A stretch of 61,511 bases of DNA from a virus. Lineage: Duplodnaviria > Caudoviricetes. The notes under the pieces are model-generated. The model did not search any database. It saw only the letters and a program-made list of their open reading frames with translations, and was not told where the DNA came from. The position numbers and the translations under genes were made by a program. Position 1 is the first letter of the stretch, and each line of letters opens with the position of its first letter. Shown piece after piece: positions 46,648-55,925 of the stretch. Location of the stretch: the IMG/VR virus record IMGVR_UViG_3300044634_003809, positions 1 to 61,511 of that record; one strand, given 5' to 3'.

Positions 46648-46931
46648 TTAGTACTTACACGGATTCTGAAAAAATGATTATTACTTACGTAGTTTCCGAA
46701 TATACTGCAGAAGATAAAACAGTAGAAGTGACTTATGAAAATTCAGAGGGACTTATTCATAAAAGAAATATCAATATCCCACATCTAGGAGATGGAAGTA
46801 TTGATGAAGAATATTTACAAGAAATTCTTGAAGGACAACTACGAGGCGTAGAAAATAAAGCAAAAATTGGGGTGATACAATTTATAGACCCTAATGCAGA
46901 AGAAGTTGTAGAAGAAGTTGTAGAAGAGTAA
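46644..46931 (+). CDS. Hypothetical protein (possible fibre assembly helper)
   Basis: ATGA overlap with the fibre stop; acidic tail; second in-frame ATG at 46674. Confidence 0.65.
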   Translation: MISTYTDSEKMIITYVVSEYTAEDKTVEVTYENSEGLIHKRNINIPHLGDGSIDEEYLQEILEGQLRGVENKAKIGVIQFIDPNAEEVVEEVVEE

Positions 46932-46939
46932 AAACTTAA

Positions 46940-46946
46940 ATAAATA
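46940..46946 (+). promoter_or_regulatory. Late promoter motif ATAAATA
   Basis: Within TTAAATAAATAAAT upstream of 46979/47178. Confidence 0.6.
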
Positions 46947-46978
46947 AATTTGATTCTGAAATATTTAATTTTAAAAAA

Positions 46979-47173
46979 ATGAAAGAACAACAACAGCATT
47001 TGGAAACTATCTTAAAGCAACAGAAAGATCTTGCAGTAGAAATTCAAGAATTGAGTACCACTATTGCGATTAAAAAAGAACAATTTTTAAAACTTCAAGG
47101 AATTGTAGAGTATTTAAATTCTTTAGGAGTAGAAAAAACTCAAGAAGTGCCTGAAGTGCAAATAGATGAATAA
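46979..47173 (+). CDS. Small coiled-coil protein
   Basis: Heptad-like LETILKQQKDLAVEIQELSTTIAIKKEQFLKLQGIVEYL. Confidence 0.65.
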   Translation: MKEQQQHLETILKQQKDLAVEIQELSTTIAIKKEQFLKLQGIVEYLNSLGVEKTQEVPEVQIDE

Positions 47174-47177
47174 TTAA

Positions 47178-48389
47178 ATGTCTAGACCCAATCAGTTTTT
47201 ATCCCCAGAAGGTGATATAGAAGATTATTTTGTGGATGAATATTGGTTGATTGACCAGTGGGTTGGAGACCAATTGTGGGTTTGGGGGGCCGCATCAAGA
47301 TTATCTGGAAATGGAGCACTTGGAAACGGAGCAACAACAGGTAACATAAGCACTCCAATCACCACATTTGCCGGAGGAACCAACTGGAAACAAGTGGATG
47401 GTGGACTTGTTCAAACAGCAGCAATCAAAACTGATGGAACCTTATGGACTTGGGGTTATAATGTGCAAGGACAACTTGGAAACGCACAAGTAACCAATAG
47501 ATCTACTCCAGTCACCACATTTGCTGGAGGAACCAACTGGAAACAAGTTAGTTGTGGAGATACTCATACAGCAGCAATCAAAACTGATGGAACCTTATGG
47601 ACTTGGGGTCTTACGAATGATGGACGACTTGGAAACGGAATAACAACATTAGGTACCAGATCCACTCCAATCACCACATTTGTCGGGGGAAATAATTGGA
47701 AACAAGTTAGTTGTGGATCTGGTAATACATCAGCAATCAAGACTGATGGAACCTTATGGACTTGGGGTATTGGAACTAATGGACGACTTGGAAACGGAAT
47801 AACAACAGGCAATATATCCACTCCAATCACCACATTTGCCGGAGGAACAAACTGGAAACAAGTGAGTACTGGAAGATTTCATACAGCAGCAATCAAGACT
47901 GATGGAACCTTATGGATTTGGGGTCAGGGAACTGTTGGGCAACTGGGAAATGCACAAATAATCAATATATCCACACCAATCACCACATTTTCTGGAGGAA
48001 CTAACTGGAAACAAGTTAATTGTGGAGAACTTCATACAGCAGCAATCAAGACTGATGGAACTTTATGGATTTGGGGTTCTGGAGATAATGGACAACTGGG
48101 AAATGCACAAATAATCAATATATCCACACCAATCACCACATTTTCTGGAGGAACCAACTGGAAACAAGTGAGTGGTGGAAGTGGTCATGCAGCAGCAATC
48201 AAGACTAATGGAACCTTATGGACTTGGGGTCTTGGAAATTATGGACGACTTGGAAACGCACAAACAACCAACGTATCCACTCCAGTCACCACATTTGCTG
48301 GAGGAACCAACTGGAAACAAGTGAGTGGTGGAAATGTTCATACAGCAGCAGTTGAAGCAGGTATCAACGCCGAGTACCCACTCTCATAA
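47178..48389 (+). CDS. RCC1/BLIP-II-like 7-bladed beta-propeller protein 1
   Basis: Seven ~51-53-aa repeats LWxWG-x4-GxLGN...STPITTFAGGTNWKQV-x5-HTAAIKTDG. Confidence 0.9.
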   Translation: MSRPNQFLSPEGDIEDYFVDEYWLIDQWVGDQLWVWGAASRLSGNGALGNGATTGNISTPITTFAGGTNWKQVDGGLVQTAAIKTDGTLWTWGYNVQGQLGNAQVTNRSTPVTTFAGGTNWKQVSCGDTHTAAIKTDGTLWTWGLTNDGRLGNGITTLGTRSTPITTFVGGNNWKQVSCGSGNTSAIKTDGTLWTWGIGTNGRLGNGITTGNISTPITTFAGGTNWKQVSTGRFHTAAIKTDGTLWIWGQGTVGQLGNAQIINISTPITTFSGGTNWKQVNCGELHTAAIKTDGTLWIWGSGDNGQLGNAQIINISTPITTFSGGTNWKQVSGGSGHAAAIKTNGTLWTWGLGNYGRLGNAQTTNVSTPVTTFAGGTNWKQVSGGNVHTAAVEAGINAEYPLS

Positions 48390-48392
48390 ATA
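48386..48392 (+). promoter_or_regulatory. Late promoter motif ATAAATA
   Basis: Contains the stop codon of propeller 1; 13 nt upstream of ATG 48406. Confidence 0.55.
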
Positions 48393-48405
48393 CTCAAAAA
48401 CGATA

Positions 48406-49074
48406 ATGGAAATAGCACTCATTCATAACAACTCATTAGAACTTGGTCCTTTCGGGATGAATGTTCATTATATCAATCAAGAGTTAGAAGAACTTGAAGT
48501 AGAAGAGAGAGTATCTCCTCAAAGTTTTTCTGAACTTCCTATTCATTTTAGTGATGGACTTACTCATCTACTTCCAACAGAAAGAGTCATTCCAGAGAAC
48601 GACCCAAAGTATCAAAATGTAGGAAACTTTACTTGGGAAATTGTTGAAGAAAATGGTGTTTCCACTAAAGTAGTATTCACTTATCCAATTATTGATAAGA
48701 CTTTAGAAGAAGTCAAGGTAATTCGCAAGCAAGAAGTTGCTCCAGCAAGAAGACAGAAAGAAAATACTATTACTACTCTTACGGTCAATAATACTGAAGT
48801 AGAAGTATCAACCTCAAGAGAAGAGAGATTGATGCTTGCAAGTAAACTTTCAGCATCTCCTGGGCCTCATAACTTTAAGTTCCAGAATACTTGGTTAGAG
48901 ATTACTACAGAAGAACTTCAATATATTGTAAGTGAAGTTGATAAAGTAGTTCAAGAAGCATTTGACTGGGAATTAGCAAAACTTCAAGAGATTGATGCTT
49001 GTGAGACGATTGATGAGGTTTATGATGTTGTGATTGTAGAGCAACCAGAACCCCCTCAATTACCAGTAGAGTGA
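48406..49074 (+). CDS. DUF4376-like / tail-fibre-assembly-like protein
   Basis: KTLEEVKVIRKQEVAPARRQKE...HNFKFQNTWLEITTEEL...VQEAFDWE...IDACETIDEV pattern; start moved from 48325 to 48406 to avoid overlap. Confidence 0.6.
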   Translation: MEIALIHNNSLELGPFGMNVHYINQELEELEVEERVSPQSFSELPIHFSDGLTHLLPTERVIPENDPKYQNVGNFTWEIVEENGVSTKVVFTYPIIDKTLEEVKVIRKQEVAPARRQKENTITTLTVNNTEVEVSTSREERLMLASKLSASPGPHNFKFQNTWLEITTEELQYIVSEVDKVVQEAFDWELAKLQEIDACETIDEVYDVVIVEQPEPPQLPVE

Positions 49075-49075
49075 A

Positions 49076-50317
49076 ATGAGTAGAGTAGAAACAACCACTA
49101 ACTTTAGAGATAGTTTTGGTACTGATTTGGGTAGAAAGTTGGTCACCAAAGACTATCTAATCAGTGTCTATCCTGAAATTGGAGATAAGATTGGTATTCC
49201 TCCAGAGTTGTGGACTTGGGGTGATGGACAATTTGGAAGACTTGGAAACGCTGTAATAACAGGTACCAGAAGTGCTCCAAGTACAACATTTGCTGGAGGA
49301 ACTAACTGGAAACAAGTGAGTGCTTTAAAACGTCATACAGCAGCAATCAAAACTGATGGAACCTTATGGACTTGGGGTTATGCAGAGTCTGGAAGACTTG
49401 GAAACGCTGTAATAACAGGTAACAGAAGTACTCCAGTCACCACATTTTCCGGCGGAACCAATTGGAGACAAGTGAGTTGTGGAGGTTATCATACAGCAGC
49501 AATCAAAACTGATGGAACCTTATGGGGTTGGGGTGCTAATAGTAATGGACAACTTGGAACTAATGATTCAGGTAACAGAAGTACTCCAGTCACCACATTT
49601 TCCGGCGGAACCAATTGGAGACAAGTGAGTTGTGGAGATAATCATACAGCAGCAATCAAAACTGACGGAACTTTGTGGATTTGGGGCAGGGGAAATAATG
49701 CAAGACTTGGAAACGCTCTAACAACAGGTAATAGAAGCACTCCAATCACCACATTTGCTGGAGGAACTAACTGGAAACAAGTGAGTTGTGGAGGTTATCA
49801 GACAGCAGCAATCAAAACTGATGGAACCTTATGGACTTGGGGTTATGGGAGTAAATCGCGACTTGGAAACGGAGCAATATCAGGTAACAGAAGTACTCCC
49901 GTCACTACATTCGCTGGAGGAACTAATTGGAAACAAGTGAGTTGTAATCTTAATAATACAGCAGCAATCAAAACTGATGGAACATTATGGACTTGGGGTG
50001 ATGGAAGTTATGGACGACTTGGAAACACACAAACAACCGATAGATCCACTCCAATCACAACATTTGCTGGAGGAACTAACTGGAAACAAGTTGCTTGTGG
50101 ATATCGACATACAGCAGCAATCAAAACTGATGGAACTTTATGGACTTGGGGGTATGAAAATAATGGAGCACTTGGAAATAATAGAATAGACCCTTTTTTT
50201 CCAGCATCCATAGTTAGTCCAATTACCACATTTGCCGGAGGAACCGACTGGAAACAAGTAACTTGTGCATATCAACATACAGCAGCAATCAAATCAGTAG
50301 ACTTTTCACCATTCTAA
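49076..50317 (+). CDS. RCC1/BLIP-II-like 7-bladed beta-propeller protein 2
   Basis: Seven repeats with the same framework; Arg/Tyr-rich variable loops. Confidence 0.9.
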   Translation: MSRVETTTNFRDSFGTDLGRKLVTKDYLISVYPEIGDKIGIPPELWTWGDGQFGRLGNAVITGTRSAPSTTFAGGTNWKQVSALKRHTAAIKTDGTLWTWGYAESGRLGNAVITGNRSTPVTTFSGGTNWRQVSCGGYHTAAIKTDGTLWGWGANSNGQLGTNDSGNRSTPVTTFSGGTNWRQVSCGDNHTAAIKTDGTLWIWGRGNNARLGNALTTGNRSTPITTFAGGTNWKQVSCGGYQTAAIKTDGTLWTWGYGSKSRLGNGAISGNRSTPVTTFAGGTNWKQVSCNLNNTAAIKTDGTLWTWGDGSYGRLGNTQTTDRSTPITTFAGGTNWKQVACGYRHTAAIKTDGTLWTWGYENNGALGNNRIDPFFPASIVSPITTFAGGTDWKQVTCAYQHTAAIKSVDFSPF

Positions 50318-50323
50318 TAAATA
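50317..50323 (+). promoter_or_regulatory. Late promoter motif ATAAATA upstream of the enzyme cluster
   Basis: 24 nt upstream of ATG 50348. Confidence 0.55.
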
Positions 50324-50347
50324 CGTAAAATACATTCAATATTCTTT

Positions 50348-51688
50348 ATGAACCCTCTTGAGTTGGTCACAAAAACTCTACACTCCTTCAACGAAAAAGA
50401 ACTTACCTCACAAATTCTACAAGCATTTGGTAAGAGAGCAGAAACTTTTGAGCAACATAATGATGTTGCCAAGATTTTCTTTGAAATTAAAGATTTCTCA
50501 AATGCTATTACTTATGGTGAGAAAGCACTTAAGTTAGCAAAGTCAAAAGAAGAACTTTATATTACTACAAAAAACCTCATAAACGCATACAACCAAAATA
50601 ATTATCCAGAGAAAGCAATAACTCAAATCTCAAAAATTAAATCACAAAATCCCCAAGATACTGAACTTCTTCTTGAGGAAACTTTTTCATACTCTGCTCT
50701 GAATCAAAAAGAAAAATCAGAAAAACTTTTATTTGACCTAATTAAAAAACCACTACCAGAAGAGATTGAAAGAAAGGCATATCACAATCTTTCTGGACAT
50801 TATTTCCGTAAAGATGATATTCGTACAGGACTTCAACACTTTCTCAAAGCAGGAGAAGTGGAGGCATATAAGAATAAAAAGTATCCAAACTATGAGAAGT
50901 GGGATGGAACAGTAACTCCAGGTAGAACGATTATTATTGATAGTCAGTGTGGTGCTGGTGATGAAGTGATTCACGTTCGGTTTATGAAGCACCTAAAAGA
51001 ACTTGGAATGAATCCAATCTGGACAACAACCAGAAAAGATATTCAAGAACTCTTTAACTATAATGGTTTCCGTACTGAACTTGTATGGGATAATCCAGAG
51101 TTTCCAAAAGATTCTTGTTGGGTTTATGCTCTTGCTCTTCCTTATTATCTCAATCTCAAAGTAGAAGATTTGGGGCAAACTCCTTATCTCAAACCACTAC
51201 CACAGAAAGAAGAGCAATATTCTTATCTACAAGAAGATAATAACTATAAGATTGGTACATTCTGGAACTCTGGTTCTGGATTTGAACAAGCACATTTCCG
51301 TTCAATTGATGCTGATGATTTATTCAAAGTTCTATCAAAAACTAATTCATCATTATATTCACTTCAACTACCAGACCAACAACCACCAGAGTATTATGAG
51401 GTAAATACTTTTGATATTCCAAATCGTGATTTTACGGATACATTTTCACTTGTATCTCAAATGGACTTGGTGATTACTTCTTGTACTTCTATTGCTCACA
51501 TAGCAGCATCAATGGGTAAAGAAGTTTGTGTGTTTGTACCAATTATGGAATATTATGTCTGGACTAGTAGTACAGGAAAGTCTTGGTGGTATGGGGATAA
51601 TGTTCATTTGTTTAAACAAAAGAAACCGAGAAATTGGGACGAACCTTTGAAACAATTGAAGGAGTTTCTAAATGATAGAGGAATATAA
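50348..51688 (+). CDS. TPR-repeat + GT-B (GT9/heptosyltransferase-like) glycosyltransferase
   Basis: N-terminal TPR-like helices; WDG...TIIIDSQCGAGDEVIHVRF; DFTDTFSLVSQMDLVITSCTSIAHIAASMGK; WY..V.LF.Q...W. Confidence 0.8.
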   Translation: MNPLELVTKTLHSFNEKELTSQILQAFGKRAETFEQHNDVAKIFFEIKDFSNAITYGEKALKLAKSKEELYITTKNLINAYNQNNYPEKAITQISKIKSQNPQDTELLLEETFSYSALNQKEKSEKLLFDLIKKPLPEEIERKAYHNLSGHYFRKDDIRTGLQHFLKAGEVEAYKNKKYPNYEKWDGTVTPGRTIIIDSQCGAGDEVIHVRFMKHLKELGMNPIWTTTRKDIQELFNYNGFRTELVWDNPEFPKDSCWVYALALPYYLNLKVEDLGQTPYLKPLPQKEEQYSYLQEDNNYKIGTFWNSGSGFEQAHFRSIDADDLFKVLSKTNSSLYSLQLPDQQPPEYYEVNTFDIPNRDFTDTFSLVSQMDLVITSCTSIAHIAASMGKEVCVFVPIMEYYVWTSSTGKSWWYGDNVHLFKQKKPRNWDEPLKQLKEFLNDRGI

Positions 51689-52130
51689 CCTTTCTTTTCT
51701 CAATCTAAATATCATTAAGAACAAACTTCTTGAAATAGAAACCAGTCCTCACGGACTTGTGACTAAAGGTGTTTCTACTTATAATCACGGAATGCCCACT
51801 CTAATGTATCCAGAACTCACTGGATTAAAGAATGTTATTAAACAATATGTTAGACTATATTGTAATAAGTATGAGATTCCACCTTTAAAGTTTATCAATA
51901 GTTGGTTTAATATTTCACAACCAGGAAATAAACTTAAAGCACATAAGCACGAAGAAAGTATTGTAAGTGGTGCATTTTATATTTCTGGAAAAACCCCACT
52001 TATTTTTCCAGATACAAAAGTAAATCCATATCCAGGACTTTTAGTTGTCTTCTCAAGTGATTTGGTTCATTATACAGAAGAAGAAACAGAAGAAAGAATT
52101 ATTATTAGTTTTAATACAGATTACCTATGA
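51672..52130 (+). CDS. 2OG-Fe(II) oxygenase (TIGR02466-like)
   Basis: SWFN...AHKH...SGAFYI...PGLLVVFSSDLVH...RIIISFN. Confidence 0.8.
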   Translation: MIEEYNLSFLNLNIIKNKLLEIETSPHGLVTKGVSTYNHGMPTLMYPELTGLKNVIKQYVRLYCNKYEIPPLKFINSWFNISQPGNKLKAHKHEESIVSGAFYISGKTPLIFPDTKVNPYPGLLVVFSSDLVHYTEEETEERIIISFNTDYL

Positions 52131-52915
52131 AATTTTTATTTTTGGTTGGTTCAGCACTTAAACACTTCCAAGAAGAAAAGTTTAGTGCTTATGATGAAGA
52201 ACAAAGATTTGAGCAAACACTAAAAACAATTGAATGTATAAGAGAAAAAGTTCCTAACTCTTATGTCGTTTTATTTGAGTGTTCTTCTAAACCAATTGAT
52301 GAGAAGCAAAAAGAGGTACTCAAAGAAAAAGCAGATTTGTTTTTAGAGTTTTATAATGAACCAGTACTCAAACAGATTTATGAAAATCTAGAATCAAGAC
52401 CAGAATTGATTACTTATGGTAAATCATTATTAGAAACCAGAGGATTATTGAATACTCTTTATGTAATCAAGAAGCATAATTTGTTTAGTGATAGCCAAAG
52501 AGTATTCAAACTGACTGGAAGATACTTACTGAATGAGTATTTTGATATTAAAGATTATGAATCAAAATTTCTTGAGGAAAAATATGTAATCAAAAAGTAT
52601 GATTATCTTCCACAAGAGGCAGAGAATTTTGATGAGAAAGAACTTGAGAATGTTTATGCCTATCTTTATGGTGCTCAAGGTATGATGGTAACTGGTCTAT
52701 GGTCTTTTGACCGTATTCTGTTTAATGAGATTGTTGAGTCACTTGAAAAAGCATTTGTTTATATGGAAAAGATGCTTCAATTTACAGCAGGTACTGATGT
52801 TGAGCATTCTCTTTATCGGTTCTTGAACAAAAAAAATGTGATTAGTATTCCAAATCTTGGTCTTACAACGATTAAGGGAATGAGTGGTGAGAATGGAGCA
52901 AGTTATAATATATGA
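52127..52915 (+). CDS. Uncharacterised protein, possible glycosyltransferase-like
   Basis: RFEQTLKTIECIR, VVLFECS, RVFKLTGRYLLN, DVEH; ATGA-coupled within glyco cluster. Confidence 0.5.
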   Translation: MKFLFLVGSALKHFQEEKFSAYDEEQRFEQTLKTIECIREKVPNSYVVLFECSSKPIDEKQKEVLKEKADLFLEFYNEPVLKQIYENLESRPELITYGKSLLETRGLLNTLYVIKKHNLFSDSQRVFKLTGRYLLNEYFDIKDYESKFLEEKYVIKKYDYLPQEAENFDEKELENVYAYLYGAQGMMVTGLWSFDRILFNEIVESLEKAFVYMEKMLQFTAGTDVEHSLYRFLNKKNVISIPNLGLTTIKGMSGENGASYNI

Positions 52916-53565
52916 AACTAGCAATCTTTTATCATATTGGGCAGATTGGTATTGGTGCTTTTGTTTATATTAATCAGGTTCATAGACTTTATACTTCAGG
53001 ATTAATCAAAGAAGCATCTTATATTCACTTTGGAGTGAATGGAAATCAAGAACTCTTTAATATTCCTAATAATACAAAGGTTGTTTATAATCAAAATCAT
53101 AAGGAAGAAACAGAAACTTTAATGTCTTTACGTGATTTTTGTAAACAAAATCCAGATTATAAAGTTCTTTATTTTCATACTAAAGGAGTATCAAAAGAAA
53201 GTATGAATGCTGAAAGTTGGAGATTGATGATGGAATATTTTGTGATTGATAGATGGAAAGAATGTGTAGAATACTTGAATGATTATGATGTTGTTGGAAG
53301 TAATCTCAAAGTTTTGGGACCAACCACTTGGAGTGATGGTAGACAATCGTGGGAGAAAGCAGGAACTCAACATTTTGTAGGAAACTTTTGGTGGGCAAAT
53401 GCTTCTTATGTAAATACTTTAAGTGATGAGTTTTTGGAAAGTGACTTTAGATTAGACCGTGAGTTCTGGATTGGTACTGGAGATGGTAAAATGAAATCTT
53501 TATATCAACCAGAAGATTACGAACCTTATACATACTTTTACCGGGAGAAGGATTATGTTTCGTGA
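52912..53565 (+). CDS. Uncharacterised protein, possible glycosyltransferase-like
   Basis: AIFYH, VLYFHTKGVS, WRLMMEYF, HFVGNFWWA, REFWIG; ATGA-coupled. Confidence 0.5.
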   Translation: MKLAIFYHIGQIGIGAFVYINQVHRLYTSGLIKEASYIHFGVNGNQELFNIPNNTKVVYNQNHKEETETLMSLRDFCKQNPDYKVLYFHTKGVSKESMNAESWRLMMEYFVIDRWKECVEYLNDYDVVGSNLKVLGPTTWSDGRQSWEKAGTQHFVGNFWWANASYVNTLSDEFLESDFRLDREFWIGTGDGKMKSLYQPEDYEPYTYFYREKDYVS

Positions 53566-53908
53566 ATGTGGAGAATGCACTGCATGTTGCAGTTGGTTAG
53601 TTGCTAATATCTATGGATGGGAAATTGGTGGCGGAAAGTCTTGTAAATTTTTAGAGTGTAATGGTTGTGGTGTCCATAATGCAAGAGCAGAGGTTTGCAG
53701 AAACTATCAGTGTGCTTGGACGCAACATTTACTTCCAGAAGAAATGAGACCTGATAAATCTAATATAATAGTCTCTGTAGAGAATAATCCAAATGGGCAA
53801 CATTTAAAAGTATTGCCAATAAATAATAAAGAAATAAAACCTGAAGTTAAACAATACCTTCAAAAGTGGAGTGAGAGTATGAACACTCCTGTGATTTTTA
53901 TAGAATAA
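53555..53908 (+). CDS. YkgJ-family CxxCxxCC cysteine-cluster (Fe-S/Zn) protein
   Basis: CGECTACC...CKFL...GCGVH..R.EVCRNYQCAW. Confidence 0.8.
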   Translation: MFRECGECTACCSWLVANIYGWEIGGGKSCKFLECNGCGVHNARAEVCRNYQCAWTQHLLPEEMRPDKSNIIVSVENNPNGQHLKVLPINNKEIKPEVKQYLQKWSESMNTPVIFIE

Positions 53909-53930
53909 AAGTCGTTTCCAAGAACTCAAA

Positions 53931-55118
53931 ATGCCAGCCTTTTATAACTTTACAGAAAACGGACTTGTTTATAGTTTTGATGACATTTTTGTTCCTGCTG
54001 ATTTTTTTCGTGAAGGGAATTTGTGGACTTGGGGTTCTGCAATTAGTATTCAACTTGGTGATGGTTCGACAACAGGTAATAGAAGTACTCCAATAACTAC
54101 ATTTGCTGGGGGAGCAAATTGGAAATCTGTCCAAGATTCTTTTAACACATCAACTGCGGCAGCAATTAAAACTGATGGAACCTTATGGATTTGGGGAAGT
54201 CAATTTAACGGACAATTAGGAATTAATAACACTGGCAATAGAAGCACTCCAGTTACAACATTCGCCGGAGGAACCAATTGGAAACAAATTACTTTTGGTT
54301 CTGCTCATGCCGTAGCAATTAAAACCGATGGAACCTTATGGACTTGGGGATTTGGTGGAAGACTTGGAAACGGAACAACAACTGGCAACATAAGCACGCC
54401 AGTCACCACATTTGCTGGAGGAACCAACTGGAGACAAGTAAGTTGTGGTGATGCCCACACAGTAGCAATCAAAACTGATGGAACTTTATGGGCTTGGGGT
54501 TCTGGTGGACAAGGAAAACTTGGGAATGGTTTAGTTTCAGCCGTAGCAGTTATATCAACTCCAATCACAACATTTGCTGGAGGAACCAACTGGAGACAAG
54601 TTGCATGTTCAAATAATATGACAGCAGCAATCAAAACTGATGGAACTTTATGGGTTTGGGGTGATGCTGCAAATTCATTGCTTGGAAACGGATTAACAAC
54701 AGGTAGCATAAGTACTCCAATCACAACATTTGCTGGAGGAACCAACTGGAAACAAGTTTCCAGCGGAGGCAATCACACAGCAGCAATCAAAACTGATGGG
54801 ACCTTATGGACTTGGGGTTCTGGTGCTAATGCCATTGGAAATGGAAGCTTTCCTACTAGTACTCCAGTCACCACATTTGCTGGAGGAAATAACTGGAAAC
54901 AAGTAAGTTGCGCGAATGCAATTGCTACAGCAGCAATCAAGGCTGATGGAACCTTATGGACATGGGGTGCTGGTAATAATGGAATACTTGGAGAAAGATC
55001 TACATATGGTACTAAAAGCACTCCAGTCACCACATTTGCTGGAGGAACCAATTGGAGACGGGTCGGTTCTTCTGGCAATGGTTTTGCTGCACTCACATAC
55101 GATGACCCTGTGATATAA
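53931..55118 (+). CDS. RCC1/BLIP-II-like 7-bladed beta-propeller protein 3
   Basis: Seven repeats with the same framework. Confidence 0.9.
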   Translation: MPAFYNFTENGLVYSFDDIFVPADFFREGNLWTWGSAISIQLGDGSTTGNRSTPITTFAGGANWKSVQDSFNTSTAAAIKTDGTLWIWGSQFNGQLGINNTGNRSTPVTTFAGGTNWKQITFGSAHAVAIKTDGTLWTWGFGGRLGNGTTTGNISTPVTTFAGGTNWRQVSCGDAHTVAIKTDGTLWAWGSGGQGKLGNGLVSAVAVISTPITTFAGGTNWRQVACSNNMTAAIKTDGTLWVWGDAANSLLGNGLTTGSISTPITTFAGGTNWKQVSSGGNHTAAIKTDGTLWTWGSGANAIGNGSFPTSTPVTTFAGGNNWKQVSCANAIATAAIKADGTLWTWGAGNNGILGERSTYGTKSTPVTTFAGGTNWRRVGSSGNGFAALTYDDPVI

Positions 55119-55142
55119 TACATAATAAGAAAGCAATAAACT

Positions 55143-55925
55143 ATGAAGACATTATATTTTCTTGGAGGACTTCCAAGAAGTGGTTCTACATTACTTGGGT
55201 CACTTCTCAATCAACATCCTGACATTTATGTATCACCAACATCTCCATTGGGTGATGTAGTCACTGATATTGAAAAGTCATTTAATACTTTAGATATTCA
55301 ATTTACCTTTGACCGTAAAGCAATATCTTATAATGTTTATAAGGCAGTTCTTGCTAACTTCTATAATCATATTCCAAAATCAACAATTCTAGATAAGCAT
55401 CGGTTTTGGGGAAAGAATCTTGATACAGTACAAATGTTTCTTTCGAACAAACCAAAGATTGTAGCAACTTATCGTTCTATTCCAGAAGTTCTTACATCTT
55501 ATATTTCTCTTATAGAACGGTCAAAGCACGAAGATAACTTTATTGATAATCATTTAAGAAAAGATAATCTTCCAATCACAAACAATAATCGTGCCGAATA
55601 TATTTGGAGATATTATGTTTCTCCATCTTATGAGAGTATGGTTTATGGACTTACAAAGTATCCAGATTGGGTTCATCTGGTAGAATACAATAGTCTCGTA
55701 GAAAATCCAGAAACAGAACTGAATAAAATCTATGAGTTTTTAGAGGTTCCTTCTCATACAAATGCCTTTGATAATATTGATAATGCTTGCGGAGAACAAA
55801 AGGATGATGCTTGGGGATTAAGAGGTCTTCACGATATTCGTCCAAATCTATCTAAAATCTCACAAAATCCTATTGATGTAATAGGAGAAGAAAATGTAAA
55901 ACTTTATTCCAAGTTTGATTTATGA
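55143..55925 (+). CDS. PAPS-dependent sulfotransferase
   Basis: 5'-PSB loop GGLPRSGSTLL, LNQHP, R-x7-S (RSIPEVLTS), VEYNSLVENP...KIYEFL. Confidence 0.88.
   Translation: MKTLYFLGGLPRSGSTLLGSLLNQHPDIYVSPTSPLGDVVTDIEKSFNTLDIQFTFDRKAISYNVYKAVLANFYNHIPKSTILDKHRFWGKNLDTVQMFLSNKPKIVATYRSIPEVLTSYISLIERSKHEDNFIDNHLRKDNLPITNNNRAEYIWRYYVSPSYESMVYGLTKYPDWVHLVEYNSLVENPETELNKIYEFLEVPSHTNAFDNIDNACGEQKDDAWGLRGLHDIRPNLSKISQNPIDVIGEENVKLYSKFDL

Noticed and set aside
49076-50317. UVR8-like UV-B photoreceptor (Trp-rich RCC1 propeller, one GYRHT motif)
   Set aside because: Trp residues are in framework positions; the GWRHT triad that defines UVR8 is absent
51672-52130. Collagen prolyl hydroxylase
   Set aside because: Motif is the HxH TIGR02466 type common in cyanophages, not the P4H HxD type, and the collagens have almost no Pro, none at Y
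53819-53825. ATAAATA inside the YkgJ-like gene as promoter for propeller 3
   Set aside because: About 105 nt from the ATG and inside coding sequence in an AT-rich genome; cannot be distinguished from chance
47178-55118. Diversity-generating retroelement acting on the RCC1 repeats
   Set aside because: No reverse transcriptase or non-coding template repeat in the window; differences between blades include indels and are not adenine-specific. A distant DGR cannot be excluded
47564-55210. Antisense ORFs over the RCC1 genes (e.g. 54305-54772, 54773-55210)
   Set aside because: Mirror of the repeated framework, which lacks reverse-strand stops
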